DNA of 64,000 nucleotides from the human T2T-CHM13v2.0 reference genome, Homo sapiens, in assembly GCF_009914755.1 (NCBI RefSeq), contig NC_060932.1; one strand, written 5' to 3'. The notes below the pieces were generated by a model. That model saw only the letters and a list, made by a program, of their open reading frames with translations. It made no database searches and was not told the origin of the DNA. Positions within the stretch are counted from its first letter, which is position 1, and the number at the start of each line of letters is the position of its first letter. Shown in pieces: positions 12,701 through 25,224 of this stretch. Made by a program: the position numbers and the translations under genes.

Positions 12701-14529
12701 AGGATTCACCTTACAGAGTTCAACCTTTCCTTTGATACAGAAGGTTGGATAGAGTAATTTAGAATAATCTGTGAAGGGAAATTCTGGAGCTTATGGAAGC
12801 CAATGGGGAAAAATATCCCCATATAAAAACTAGAAATAATCTATCTGTGAAACTTCTTTATGATGTGTGGATTCATCTCACAGAGATAAAACTTTCTTTT
12901 GACTCAGCAGGTTTTAATACTTTTTTTGTAGCATCTGTGAAAGGACTTTTAAGAGCCCATTGAGGACTACTGGGAAAAACAGAATTTCCCCAGATAAAAA
13001 CTAGAATGAGTCTTTCTGTGAAACTGCTGCATGATATGTGGATTTATCTCACAGAGTTAAACCTCTTTTGTTGATTCAGAAGGTTGGAAAATCTCTTTTG
13101 GTAGAATCTGTGAAAGAATATTTGGGAGCCCTTTGAGGCCTGTGAGCAAAAACTGAATAACCTCAGAAAAAGACTAGAAGGATGCTATCTGTGAATCTAC
13201 TTTGTGATTTGTGGATTCATCTCATGGAGTAAAACCTTTTATTTTTTTGACCCAGCAGGATGAAAAGACCCTTTTTATAGAACCTACAAAGGGACATTTG
13301 GGAATGCATTGAGGCCAATGGGGAAAAAAAATCCCCAGATAAAAACTAGAAAGAAGCCATTTGTGAAACTGCTTTGTGATGTGTGGATTCATTTCACCAA
13401 GTTAAACATTTCCTTTGACTCAAAATGTTGGATACTCTCTTTTTGGAATATCTGTGAAGAAATGTTTGGGAGCCCATTGGGGTCTAAAGGGCAAAACTGA
13501 ATATCCTGAGATAAAAACTGGAAAGGAGCTATCTCTGAAGCTGCTTCATGATGTGCAGATTCACCTAACAGGAGTAAAACTTTCTTTTTAATCAGCACGT
13601 TTTAAACACTTTTTTTTAGCGTCTCCAAAAAGACTTTTAAGAGCCCATTGAGGCCTATGGGGCAAAATAGAACATCCCCATAAAAAAACTTGAAAGAAGC
13701 TATCTGTGAAACTGCTTTGTAATACGTGGATTCACCTCACAGAGTTAAACCTTTCTTTTGATTCAGCATGTGGGAAACACTCTTTTTGGAGTATCTGCAA
13801 AGGGACATTTGCAAGCCCATTGCAGCCTAGGTGGAAAAACAGAATATTCTCAGATTAAAAGTAGAAAGAAACTCTCTGTGAGACTGCTTTGTGATGTGCA
13901 GATTCAGCTCAAAGACTTAAAACTTTCTTTTTATTCACTAGGTTGGAAACACTCTTGTTATAGGATCTGCAAAGAGACATTTGAGAGCCCATTGGTTCCT
14001 ATGGGGAAAACCAAATATCCTCCCAAATAAAAGTAGAAATAAGCTATCTGTCAAACTGCTTTGTGATTTGTGGATTCATCCCACATAGTTAAACCTTTCT
14101 TTTGGTACAGTAGGCTGGAAACACTACTTTTGGAAAATCTGCAAAGGGACATTTTGGAGCCCTTTGATGCCTATTGAGAAGAGCTAACTATCCCAAGTTA
14201 AAAACTAGAAAGAAGTTATATCTGTGAAACTGCTTTGTGGTGTGTGGGTTCATCTCAAGGAATTAAACCTTTCTTTTTATTCAGCAGGTTGGAAGCACTC
14301 TTTTTGGAGAACCTCCGAAGGGACATTTGGGTGACCATTTAGGCCCATGGGTAAAAACTGAAAATTTGCTGATAAAAACCAGAAAGAAGCAATCTGTGAA
14401 ACAAATTTGTGATGAGTGGATTCATCTCACAGACTTAAAACTTTCTTTAGATTCAGCAGGTTGGAAGTACACTTTTTGGAGTGCCTGTGAAGAGGCATTT
14501 CAGAGTCCTTTGAGTCCTATTGGGAAAAA

Positions 14530-14572
14530 CTAGATAGAAACTAGAAAAAGCTAGATAGAAACTACAAAGAAG
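14530..14572. repeat. ~21-bp local tandem duplication within a monomer
   Basis: ctagatagaaactagaaaaag followed by ctagatagaaactacaaagaag. Confidence 0.8.
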
Positions 14573-17500
14573 CTATCTGTGAAGCTGCTGTATGAAGTGC
14601 AGATTCATCTCAGAAATTTAAACTTTTCGTTTGATTCAGCAGATTAGAAACACTGTTTTTGGAGAATCTGTGAAGGGACACATCGGAGCCCATTGAACAC
14701 TGTGGGGAAAAAGCGAGTATCTCCAGCTAAAATTTAGAAAAAAGCTGTCTCTGAAACTGTTTTGTGATGTGTGGATTCATCTCACAGATTTAAATCTTTA
14801 TTTTGATTCAGAAGGTTGGAAACACTCTTTTTGGAGAATCTGCAAAATGACATTTTGGAGCCCATTGAAGCCTATTGGAAAAAATTTAATATCCACAGAT
14901 AAAAACTAGAAAGAAGGTATCTTTGAAACTGCTTTGTGATGTGTCAATTCATCTCAAAGAGTTCAACCTTTCTTTTGATTCAGCAGGTTGGAAGAACTCT
15001 TTTCAGAGAATTGGCAAAGAAATATTTGGGAGCTCATTGATACCTATGGATAAAAACCAAAGGTCTTAAGATAATAACTAGAAAGAAGCCATCTGTGAAA
15101 CTGCTATGTGATATGTGGATTCATCTCACAGAATTAAGACTTTCTTTTGATTCAGCAGATTGGAAACACTCTTTTTGGAGAATCTCTGAAGGGACATTTG
15201 GGAGCCCTTTGAGGCCCATGTAAAAAAAACGAATATTCCCAGATAAAAACTAGAGAGAAGATATCTGTGAAACTGCTTTGTGATGTGTGGATTCGTTTCA
15301 CAGAGTTAAAATTTTCTTTTGATTCGGCAGATTGTAGACCTCTTTTTGGAGAATCTGTGAAGGGAAATTTGGGAGCCCTTTGAGGCCTAAGTTGAAAAAC
15401 TGAATACCCCAGATAAAAACTAGAAGCTATCTGTGAAACTGCTTTGTGACATGTGGATTCATTTCACAAAGTTAAAGTTGTCTTTTTGTTCACTAGGAGG
15501 AAACCCTCTTATTTGAGAATCCCCAAAGGGACTTCTTGGCACCATTGTTGTCTAAGAGGAAAAATTGAATATCCCCAGAAAAAAACTGGAACGAAGTAAT
15601 CTGTGAAAATGCTTTTGGGTGATTACATTAATCTCACAGAGTTAAACCTTTCTTTTTACTTAGCAGCTTGGAAGCACTCTTTTTGTAGAATCTGTGAAGG
15701 GGCATTTGGAAGCCCATCGAGGCATAGGTGAAAAACAAAATATCCCCAAATAAAAACTAGAAAAAAGCAATCTGTGAAAGTGCCTTATGGTGTGTAGATT
15801 CATCTCACAGGGTTAAGCCTTTCCTTTGATTGATCAGGATGGAAACACTCTTTTTGTAGAATCTGTGAAGGGGCATTTGGGAGCCCATATCAGTTTAGGG
15901 AAAAATGTAAATCTCAACATAAAACCAATAAAGAATTTATCTATGAAACTCCTTTGTGATGTGTGGATTCATCTGAGAGAGATAAACCTTTCTTTTGATT
16001 CAGCAGGCTGGAGAAACTCTTTGTGGAGAATCTGTGAAAGGAAATATAGGCGCTCAAATAGACTTGTGGGGAAAAATGGAATATCCCAAGATAAAAACTA
16101 GAAAGAAGTTATCAGTGAAACTGCTTTGTGTTGTGTGGATTCCTCTCACAGAGTTAAATTTTTCTTCTGATTCAGCAAGTTGGGACAACACTTTTGGTAG
16201 AATCTGTAAAGAGTCATTTGGGAACACATAGAGGCTTATAAGTAAAAACTGAATATCCTCAGATAAAAACTAGAAGGATGCTGTCTGTCAAACTGCTTTG
16301 TGATGTTTGGATTCATCTCAGATTTGAATCTTTCATTTGATTCAGAAGGTTGTAAACACTCTTTTTGGAAAATTTGCAAAGGCACATTTGGGAGCCCTTT
16401 GAGGTCTAAGGGGGAAAATGCAATATCCCAAGATAAAAACTGGAAAGAAGCTCTCTGTGAACTGCTTTGTAATGTGTGGATTCATTTCTCAGAAGTAAAC
16501 ATTTCTTATGATTCAGCAGGTTGGAAACACACTTTCTGTAGAATCTGTCAAAGAATATTTTTGAGGCTTTTGAGGCCAATGGAAAAAAAAACTCAAATAT
16601 CCTCAGATGAACAGTAGAAAGAAGATACCTGTGAAACTCCTTTTTGATGTGTGGATTCAACTCCCAGACTCAAACCTTTCTTTTATTAAGGAAGTTGGAA
16701 ACACTGTTTTGGATAATCTGTGAAGGGACATTTGAGAACCATTTTAGGCCTATGTGGGAAAACCAAATATCCCCAGGTTAAAACTAGAAAAATGTTATCT
16801 GTGAAACTACTTTTTGATGTGTGGATTCATCTCACAGAGGTAAAATTTTCTTTTGATTCAGCATGTTGAAGACTTCTTTTTGGAGAATCTGTGAAGGGAA
16901 ATTTTGGTGCCCATTGAGGCCTAATGGGAATATCCCCAAATAAAAACTAGAAAGAAGCTATCTGTGAAACTGCTTTGTGAGGTACGGATTATTTTCCCAC
17001 AGTTAAGCTTTGCTTTTGATTCTGCAGGTTGGAAACACTCTTTTTGGAACATCTGTGAAAGGACATTTGGGAACCCATTGAGGCTTAGGGGTAAAAATGA
17101 ATATATCCAGATAAAAACTACAAAGAAATTTTTGTGAAACTGCTTTGTGATGTGTGGTTTCATGGCAAAGAGGTAAACTTTTCTTTTGGTACAGCAGGTT
17201 GGAAACTCTTTTTTTGCAAATCTGCCAAGGGAAATTTGGGTGCCTTTTGAGTCCTATGGGGAAAAATTGAATATCCCCAGATAAAAACCAGAAAGAAGCT
17301 ATCTGTGAAATTAATTTGTCACGTGTAGATTCATCTTACAGAGTCATATTTTTCTTCAGATTCAGTAGCTTAGAAACATTCCTTTTGTAGAATCTGCAAA
17401 AGGACATTTTGAGCTCATTGAGGCTTGTAGGGAAATCTGTATATCCACAGATAAAAACTACAAATGAACTATACGTGAAACTGCTTTTTGATGTGTGGAT

Positions 17501-20500
17501 TCGTCTCACAGAATTAAACATTTCTTTTGATTCAGCAGGTTAGAAACACTCTTTTCATAGAATCTGCAAAGAAACATTTGGGAGCTTATTGAGGGCTATG
17601 GGAAAAACCAAATATCACCAGCTAAATACTAGAATGAAGCTCTCTGTGAAACTGCCTTGTGATGTGTGGATTCATCGCACAGAGTTAAAACTTTCTTTTG
17701 ATTCAGCAGGTAGGAAACACTCTTATTGGAGAATCTTTGAAGGGACAACAGAGAGACAATTGGGGCCTATATGAAAAAAATAAATATTGCCAGATAAAAA
17801 GCAGAAAGAAGCTACCTTTGGAGCTTCTTTTTGATGTGTGGATTTATCTCATAGAGTTAAAACTTTCTTCTGATTCTGCAGATTCGGTACACTCATTTTG
17901 GAGAATCTGCAAAGTGACATTTGGGAACCCATCAAGGCTTAAGAGGAAAAACTGAATATCCCCAGGTAAAAATGGGAAAGAAGCTATCTGTGAAAATACT
18001 TTGTGAAGTGTGGATTCATCTCACAGAGTTAAATTTTTCTTTTGATTCAGCAGGTTGGAAACACTCTTTTTGGTGAATCTGTTATGGGACGTTTGAGAGC
18101 CTGTTTTGGCCTCCAGAGAAAAACCAAATATCACCAGATAAATAATAGAAATAAATTATCTGTGAAACTGCTTTTTGAAGTGTGGATTCGTCTCACAGAG
18201 TTAAACCTTTCTAATGATTCAGCAGGTGGGAAACACTCTTTTTGTAGAATCTGTGAATGGACATTTGAGGGCACTTTGAGGTATTAGGGGAAAAACTGAA
18301 TATCACGAGGCAAAAACTAGAGAGAAGCTATCTGAGAAACCAATTTGTGATGTGTGGATTCATTGCACAGAGTTTTACCTTTCTTTTGATTCACCAGTTT
18401 GGAAACACTCTTTTTGGGGAATTTGCAAAGGGATATTTGGGAGCCCATTGAGGCCTATGGTAAAAAACTGAACACCCCCAGGTAAAAACTAGAAAAATGG
18501 AATCTGTGAAACTGATTTGTGATTTGTGAATTCATCTCTCAGTGTTAAACCATTCTATTGATTCAGAAGGTTGGAAATACTCTTTATGGAGAATCAGTGA
18601 AGGGACGTTTGGGAACCCATTGCAGCCTAGAAGGAAAAACAGAATATCCCAAGATAAAAATTAGGAAGAATCTATCTGTGAAACTGCTTTGTGATGTGTG
18701 TATTTATCTCAGAGAATTAAACCTTCCCTTTCATTCAGCAGGTTTGGAAGAAGTCTTTGTAAATTATCTGCGAAAGGACATTTCAGAATCCATTGAGGCA
18801 TATGGGAAAAAAACGAGTATTCCCACATAAGAAGTAGAATGAAGCTATCTGTGAAACTGAGTTCTGATGTGTGGATTCATCTCACAGCGTTAAAGCACTC
18901 TTTTGATTCAGCAGGTTGGAAACACTGTTTTTGATGAATCTGCAATGGGACATTTTGGTTCCCTTTGATGCCTTTGGGAAAAAAACGAATATTTCCAGAT
19001 AAAAACTGGAAAGAAGCTATCTTTGAAAGTGCTTTGTGATGGGTGGATTCATCTCACACAGTTAAATTTTTCCTTTGATTCAGCAGGTTGGAAAAACTTT
19101 TTTTGTAGAATTCGTGAGGGGACATTTAGGAGCCTATTGAGGCCTATGGGGAAAAACTGAATATCCCCAGATAAAAACTACAGAGGAGCTATCTGTGAAA
19201 TTGCTTTGTGATGTGTGGATTTTTCTCACAGATTTAAACCTTACTTTTGATTTAACAGAAAGAAAATATCTATGAAACTGCCTTGTGATGTGTGGATGCA
19301 TCTCAGAAAGTTAAAACTTTTTTTTATCAAGGAGGCAGAAAACCTTTCTTTTGGAGAATCTGTGAAGGGACATTTAATATCCCATTGAGGCATAAGGAGC
19401 AAAATCTAATATCCCCAGAAAAATCTATAAAAAATTATCTGTGAAACTGCCTTGGGATGTGTTGATTCATCTCACAGAGATAAACCTTTCGTTTGATTCA
19501 GCCAGTTGGAAACCCGCTTTTTGGAGAACCTGCAAGGGAACATTTGGAGCTTAGTGATGTCCATGGAAAAAAAAAAAGAATAGTCCAGATAAGAACTAGA
19601 AAGAAGCTATCTGCGAAACTGTGTTTTGATGTATGGGTTCATCTCACATTTAAACCTTTCTTTTGATTCAGCAAGTTGGAGACACTTTTTCAAGAATTTT
19701 CAAAGTGACATTTGGGAGCCTGTTGAGACCTACAGGGAAAAACCAAATAGCCCCAGATAAAAATCTAGAAAGAAGCTGTCTGTGAAAGTGATTTGTGATA
19801 TGCAGATTCATCTCCAGATTTAAGCATTTCTTTTGCTTCAACATGCTGGAAACACTCTTTTATAGAATCGGAGAAGAGACATTTGGGACCTCTATGAGGC
19901 CTACAGGGAACAACTGAATAAGCTCAGCTTAATAATAAAATGTATCTCTCTGAGCAACTGCCTTGTGATGAGAGGATTCGTTTCACCAGGTAAAAACTTT
20001 CTTTGATTTCAGCAGTTAGAAGCACTCCATTTGGAGAATCTGAGAATGGACATTTTGGAGTCCATTGAGGCCTATAGGAAAAAACAGTTTATCACTGGAT
20101 AAAAACTAGAAAGAAGCTTTTTGTGATACTGCTTTTTGATGTGTAGATTCGCGTCATAAGGTTAAATCTTTGTTTAGATTCAGCAGGTTGGAATACCTCT
20201 TTTGGAGAATCTGTGAAGAAACATTTGAAAGCTTATTGAGACCCAGGGGAAAAACCAAATATCCTTAGTTAAAAAGTAGAAAGAAGATTTCTGTGAAACT
20301 ACTTTCTGATGTGTGGATTAATTGCAAAAAGTTCAAACTTTCTTTTGATTCAGCAGTTTTGAAACAGTTTTTTAAATAATCTGTGAATGGATATTTTAAA
20401 GCCCATTGAGGCTTAACGGAAAAAAATGAATATACCCTTATAAAAACAAGAAAGAAGCTATTTTTGAAAGTCCTTTTTGATGTGTGGATTCAACTCATAG

Positions 20501-23500
20501 AGGTAAAACTTCTTTTTTTTCAGCAGTTTGGAAATAATCTTTTTGGATAATCTGCAAAGGGACGTTTTGGAGCCCATTGATGGCTTTGGTTAAAAATCTA
20601 GTAGTTCCAGATAAAAGCTAGAAAGAAGCTATCTATGAAACAGCTTTGTGATGTGTGGATTCACCTCACAGAGTTGAAACTTTCTTTTGATTCCGCAGGT
20701 TGGAAACACTCTATTTGGACAATCAGCAAAGAAACATTCAGGCACTTATTGAGGCCTTTGGGGAAAAACTGAATATTGTTAGATAATCACTAGAAAGAAG
20801 CTATCTGTGAAACTATTTTGTGATGTGTGGATTCATCTCACAGAGTTAAAACTTTCTTTTGATTCAGCAGCCTGGAAACCCTCTTTTTGGAGAATCAGTG
20901 GAGGAATTTTTAGGAGCCCAATTTTACCTATCAAAAAAAAATTATCACCAGAAGAAAATGTAAAAGAAGCTATTTGTGAAACTGATTTGTGATGTCTAAA
21001 CTCATCTCACAGAGCTAAACCTGTCTTCTACTCATCAGGTTGGAAACACTCTTTTTGGAGAATCTGCAAAGAGACATTTGGGAGCCCATTGAGACCTATG
21101 GGGAAAAACTGAATATCTCCAGATAAAAACTCAAAGGAAGCTGTCTGTGAAAGTACTTTCTGATGTGTGGATTCATCTTACACAGTTAAACCTTTCTTTG
21201 GATTGACCAGGTGGGAAACACTCTTTTTGGAGAATCTGTGAAAGGACATTTTGGCTCTCATAGAGTACTATAGGGAAAAATCGAATATCCCCAGATAAAA
21301 ACTTGAAAGAAGCAATCTGTGAAACAATTTTGTGATGTGTGGATTTATCTCACTGAGTTAATTTTTTCTTCTGATTCAGGAGGTTGGAAACACTCTTGTT
21401 GAAGAACCTGTGAAGGGATATTGGGAGCCAATTGAGGCCTATGGGGAAAAAATGAATATCCTTAGATAAAAATTACAAGGAATCTATCTGTGTTACTGCC
21501 TTTTGACGTGTGGATTCATTTTACAGATGTAATTTTTTCTTTTCATTCAGCAGGTTGTAAACACTCTTTTTGGAGTATCTGTGAAGGGACATTTGGGAAT
21601 CCATTGAGGCCTATGGATAAAAACAAAATATCCCCAGACAAAAATTACAAAGAAGCTATTTGTGAAACTGCTTTGTGATATGTGGATTCACATCACAGAG
21701 GTAAGACTTTCCATTGACTCAGCAGGTTGGAAAGACTCTTTTTAAAAAATATGTGAAGGGACGCTTGGAAGGACATTTAGGCCTAAGGGGTAAAACTGAG
21801 TATCCCCAGACAAAAACTAGAAAGAAGTTATCTATGAAACTGCTTTTTGTTGTTTGGTTTCATCTCACAGAGTTAAACCTTTATTTTGATTCAGCATTTT
21901 GGAAATACTCTATTTGTAGGATCTGTGGAGGGGCATTTGGGAGTCCGATGAAGCCCATGGGGAGAAACAAAATTTCCCCCAGTAAAACCTACAAAGAATC
22001 TGTCTGTGAAACTACTTTGTGATGTGTGGATTCATCTCACATATTTAAAGCTTTTTTTTGATACAACAAGTTGGAAACAGTCTTTTTGGGGAATTGGTGA
22101 AGGGGCATTTATGAGCCCATTGATGCTGAAACGGAAAAAATGAATATCCCCAAATAAAAACTTGAAAGAAGGTATCTGTAAAACTGCTTGGTGACATGTG
22201 GATTCAATTCAGAGTTAGACATATCTTTTTATGTAGCAGGTTGGAAACACTCTTTAGAAAATCAGTGAAGAGACATTTGGGAGCCCATTTAGTCCTGTGG
22301 CAAAACACTGATTATCACCAGATAAATACGAGAAAGCAGCTATCTGTGAAACAGCTTTGTGATGCGTAAATTCATCTCACAGAGTTAAACCTTACTTTTG
22401 ATTCAGCAGGTTGGAAACTATCTTTTTGGAGAATCTGTGAAGGTACATTTTGGAGACCAATGAGGCCAATGGGAAAACACTGCACATCCCTAGAGAAAAA
22501 TTAGGAAGAAGCTATATGTGAAGCTGCATTGTGATGTGTGGGTTCATCTCACAGGGTTAAATGATTCTTTTGTTCCAGCAGGTTGGAAACACATTTTTTG
22601 GACAATCCACGAAGGGACATTTGGGAGCCCATTGAGGCCAATAAGTAAAAGATGAATACCCCAAAATAAAAACTAGAAAGAAGCTACCTTTGAAACTGCT
22701 TTGTGTTGCGTGGATTCATCTCACAGTGTTTAAACTTTTGGAGATTAAGCAGGAAGGACAAACTCTTTTTAAAGGATCTGTGAAGGGCCTTTTTGGAGCC
22801 CATTGAGGACTATGGGAAAAAACAGAATACCCCAGATAAAAACTAGAAAGAAGTTATCTTTGAAACTGCTCTCTGATGTGTGGATTCATCTCACAGAGTT
22901 AAACCTTTCTTTTGATTCAGCAGCTTGGAAACACTCTTATTAGAGTATCTGTGAAGGGACTTTAGAGAGCCCACTGAGGCCTTTGGCAAAAAACGGAATA
23001 TCCCCAGATAAAATATGGAAAGAAGCTATCTGTGAAACTGCTTTGCAATGTGCAGAGTCATCTCACAGATTTAAAGCTTTTTTTTTATTCAGCGGCTTGG
23101 AAACAATTCTTTTTTTACAGAATCTTCAAAGGGACACTTGGAAGCCCATTGAGGCCTATGGGGAAAAACCAAATATCCCCAGAAAAAAACTACATAGAAG
23201 CTATCTGTGAAATGGCTTTGTGATGTGTAGATTCATCTCACAGAGTTGAAACTTTTTTATGGTTCATTATGTTGGAAACACTCTTTTTTAGAATCTGTGA
23301 AGGGACTTTTTTGACCCCATTGAGGCCTGCAAGGAAAATCCGAATATCCCAAGATTTAAACTAGAAAAAATCTCTCTGTGAAACTGCTTTCTCATTTGGG
23401 GATTTATCTCAGAGTTAAACCTTTCTTTTCAATCAGTACGCTGGTAACATTCTTTTTGTAGAAACAGCAAAAAGAAATTTTGGAGCCAATTGAGGCCTAA

Positions 23501-25193
23501 GGGAAAAACTGAATGTCCTCAGAGGAGAAGTACAGAGAAGCTACATGTGAATTTACTTTGTGATGTGTGGATTCATCTCACAGAGTTAAAATTTTCTGTT
23601 GATTCAGCCAGTTGGAAATACTCTTTTTGGGGAATTTGTGAGGGGACATTTGGGAGCCCATTGTGGCCTATGTGGAAAATCTGAATATCCTTTGATAAAA
23701 ACCTCTAAGAAGCTGGCTGTCAAAATGCTTTGTAATATGTGGATTCATCACAGAGTTAAACCTTTCTTTTTATTCAGAAGGTTGGAAACACTCTTTTTGT
23801 AATATCTGCCTAGGGACATTTGGGAGCCCATCTAGGCCTGTGGAAAAAGCCTGAATATCCCCAGATAAAACTAGAAAGAAGCATCCATGAAACTGGTTTT
23901 TGAGGTGTGGACCCAGCTCACAGAGTTAAACCATTCTTTTAATTCAGCAGTTTGGAAAAACTCTTTTTGGAGAATCTGCGAAGGGAAATTTTGGAGGCAA
24001 CTGATGCCATAGGTGAAAAAATGAATATCCCCACAGAAAAAAGAAAGAAGCTATCCGTGAAACTGCTTTGTGATGCGTGGATTTATCTCATAGAATTAAA
24101 TCCTTCTCTTGATTCAGCAAGTTGAAAATACTCTTTTTTAAATTCTGTGAAAAAACATTTTTGAGGCAATTTAGGCCTAAGTTTTAAAAGAGAGTAACCC
24201 CAGATAAAAGCTCAAGGGAAGTTATTTGTGAAACTCCTTTTTGATGTGTAGATTCATCTGACAGAGTTACATCTGTCTTTTGATTTAGCAGATTGGAAAC
24301 ACTCTTTTGGAGAATATGCTGGGGGCATTTGGGAACACATTGAGCTTTACAGAAAAAAATTGAATATCCCGGATAAAAAGTAGAAAAATGCTATTTGTGA
24401 AAGTCCTTTGTGATGTGTGGATTCCTCTCACAGAGTTAAAACTTTCTTTTGTATCATCAGGTTGGGAATACCTTTTTTTTAGAAACTGTTCAGGGAAATT
24501 CGGGACCCCATTGAGGCCTAGAAGGAAAAAACTGAATATCCCCAGATTATAACCAGAAAGAAGCTATGTGTGAAACTGCTTTCTGACGTGGGGATTCATC
24601 CCACAGTGTTAAACTGTTCTTTCCAATCCATAGCTTCAAAACGTTCTTTTTTGTAGAATCTGCTAAAAAATTCTGGAGTCCATTGAGGCCTCTGTGAAAA
24701 AACTGATTATCTCTAGATAAACACCAGAAAGAAGCTATCTGTGAAAATGCTTTGTGACATGTGGATTCATCTCACAGAGTTAAACCATATTTTTGATTCA
24801 GCAGGTTGGAAACACTCTTTTTGGAGAGTCTGCGAAGGGACATTTGGGAGCCAACTGATACCTATGGGGAAAAACCCAATATCACCAAATAAAAACTAGG
24901 AAGAAGCTATCTGTGAAACTGCTTTGTGATGTTTGGATTCATCTCACAGAGTAAAGGTTTCTTTTGATTCAGCACATTGGAAACACTCTTTTTGGAGAAT
25001 CGGCAAACAGACATTTGGGGACACATTGAGGCATATGGGGAAAAACTGATTATCCCCAGATGAAAACTAGAAAGATGCTATCTGTGAAACTTCTTTGTGA
25101 TGTGTGGATTCATCTCACAGAGTTGAACCTTTCTTTTGACTCAGCACGTTAGAAACACTCTTTTTATGGAATCTGAGAAGAGATATTTGGGAG

Positions 25194-25224
25194 CCCTTTG
25201 AGGCCTCTTGAGGCCCCTTTGAGG
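25194..25224. repeat. ~10-bp unit triplicated within a monomer
   Basis: ccctttgagg / cctcttgagg / cccctttgagg. Confidence 0.8.
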
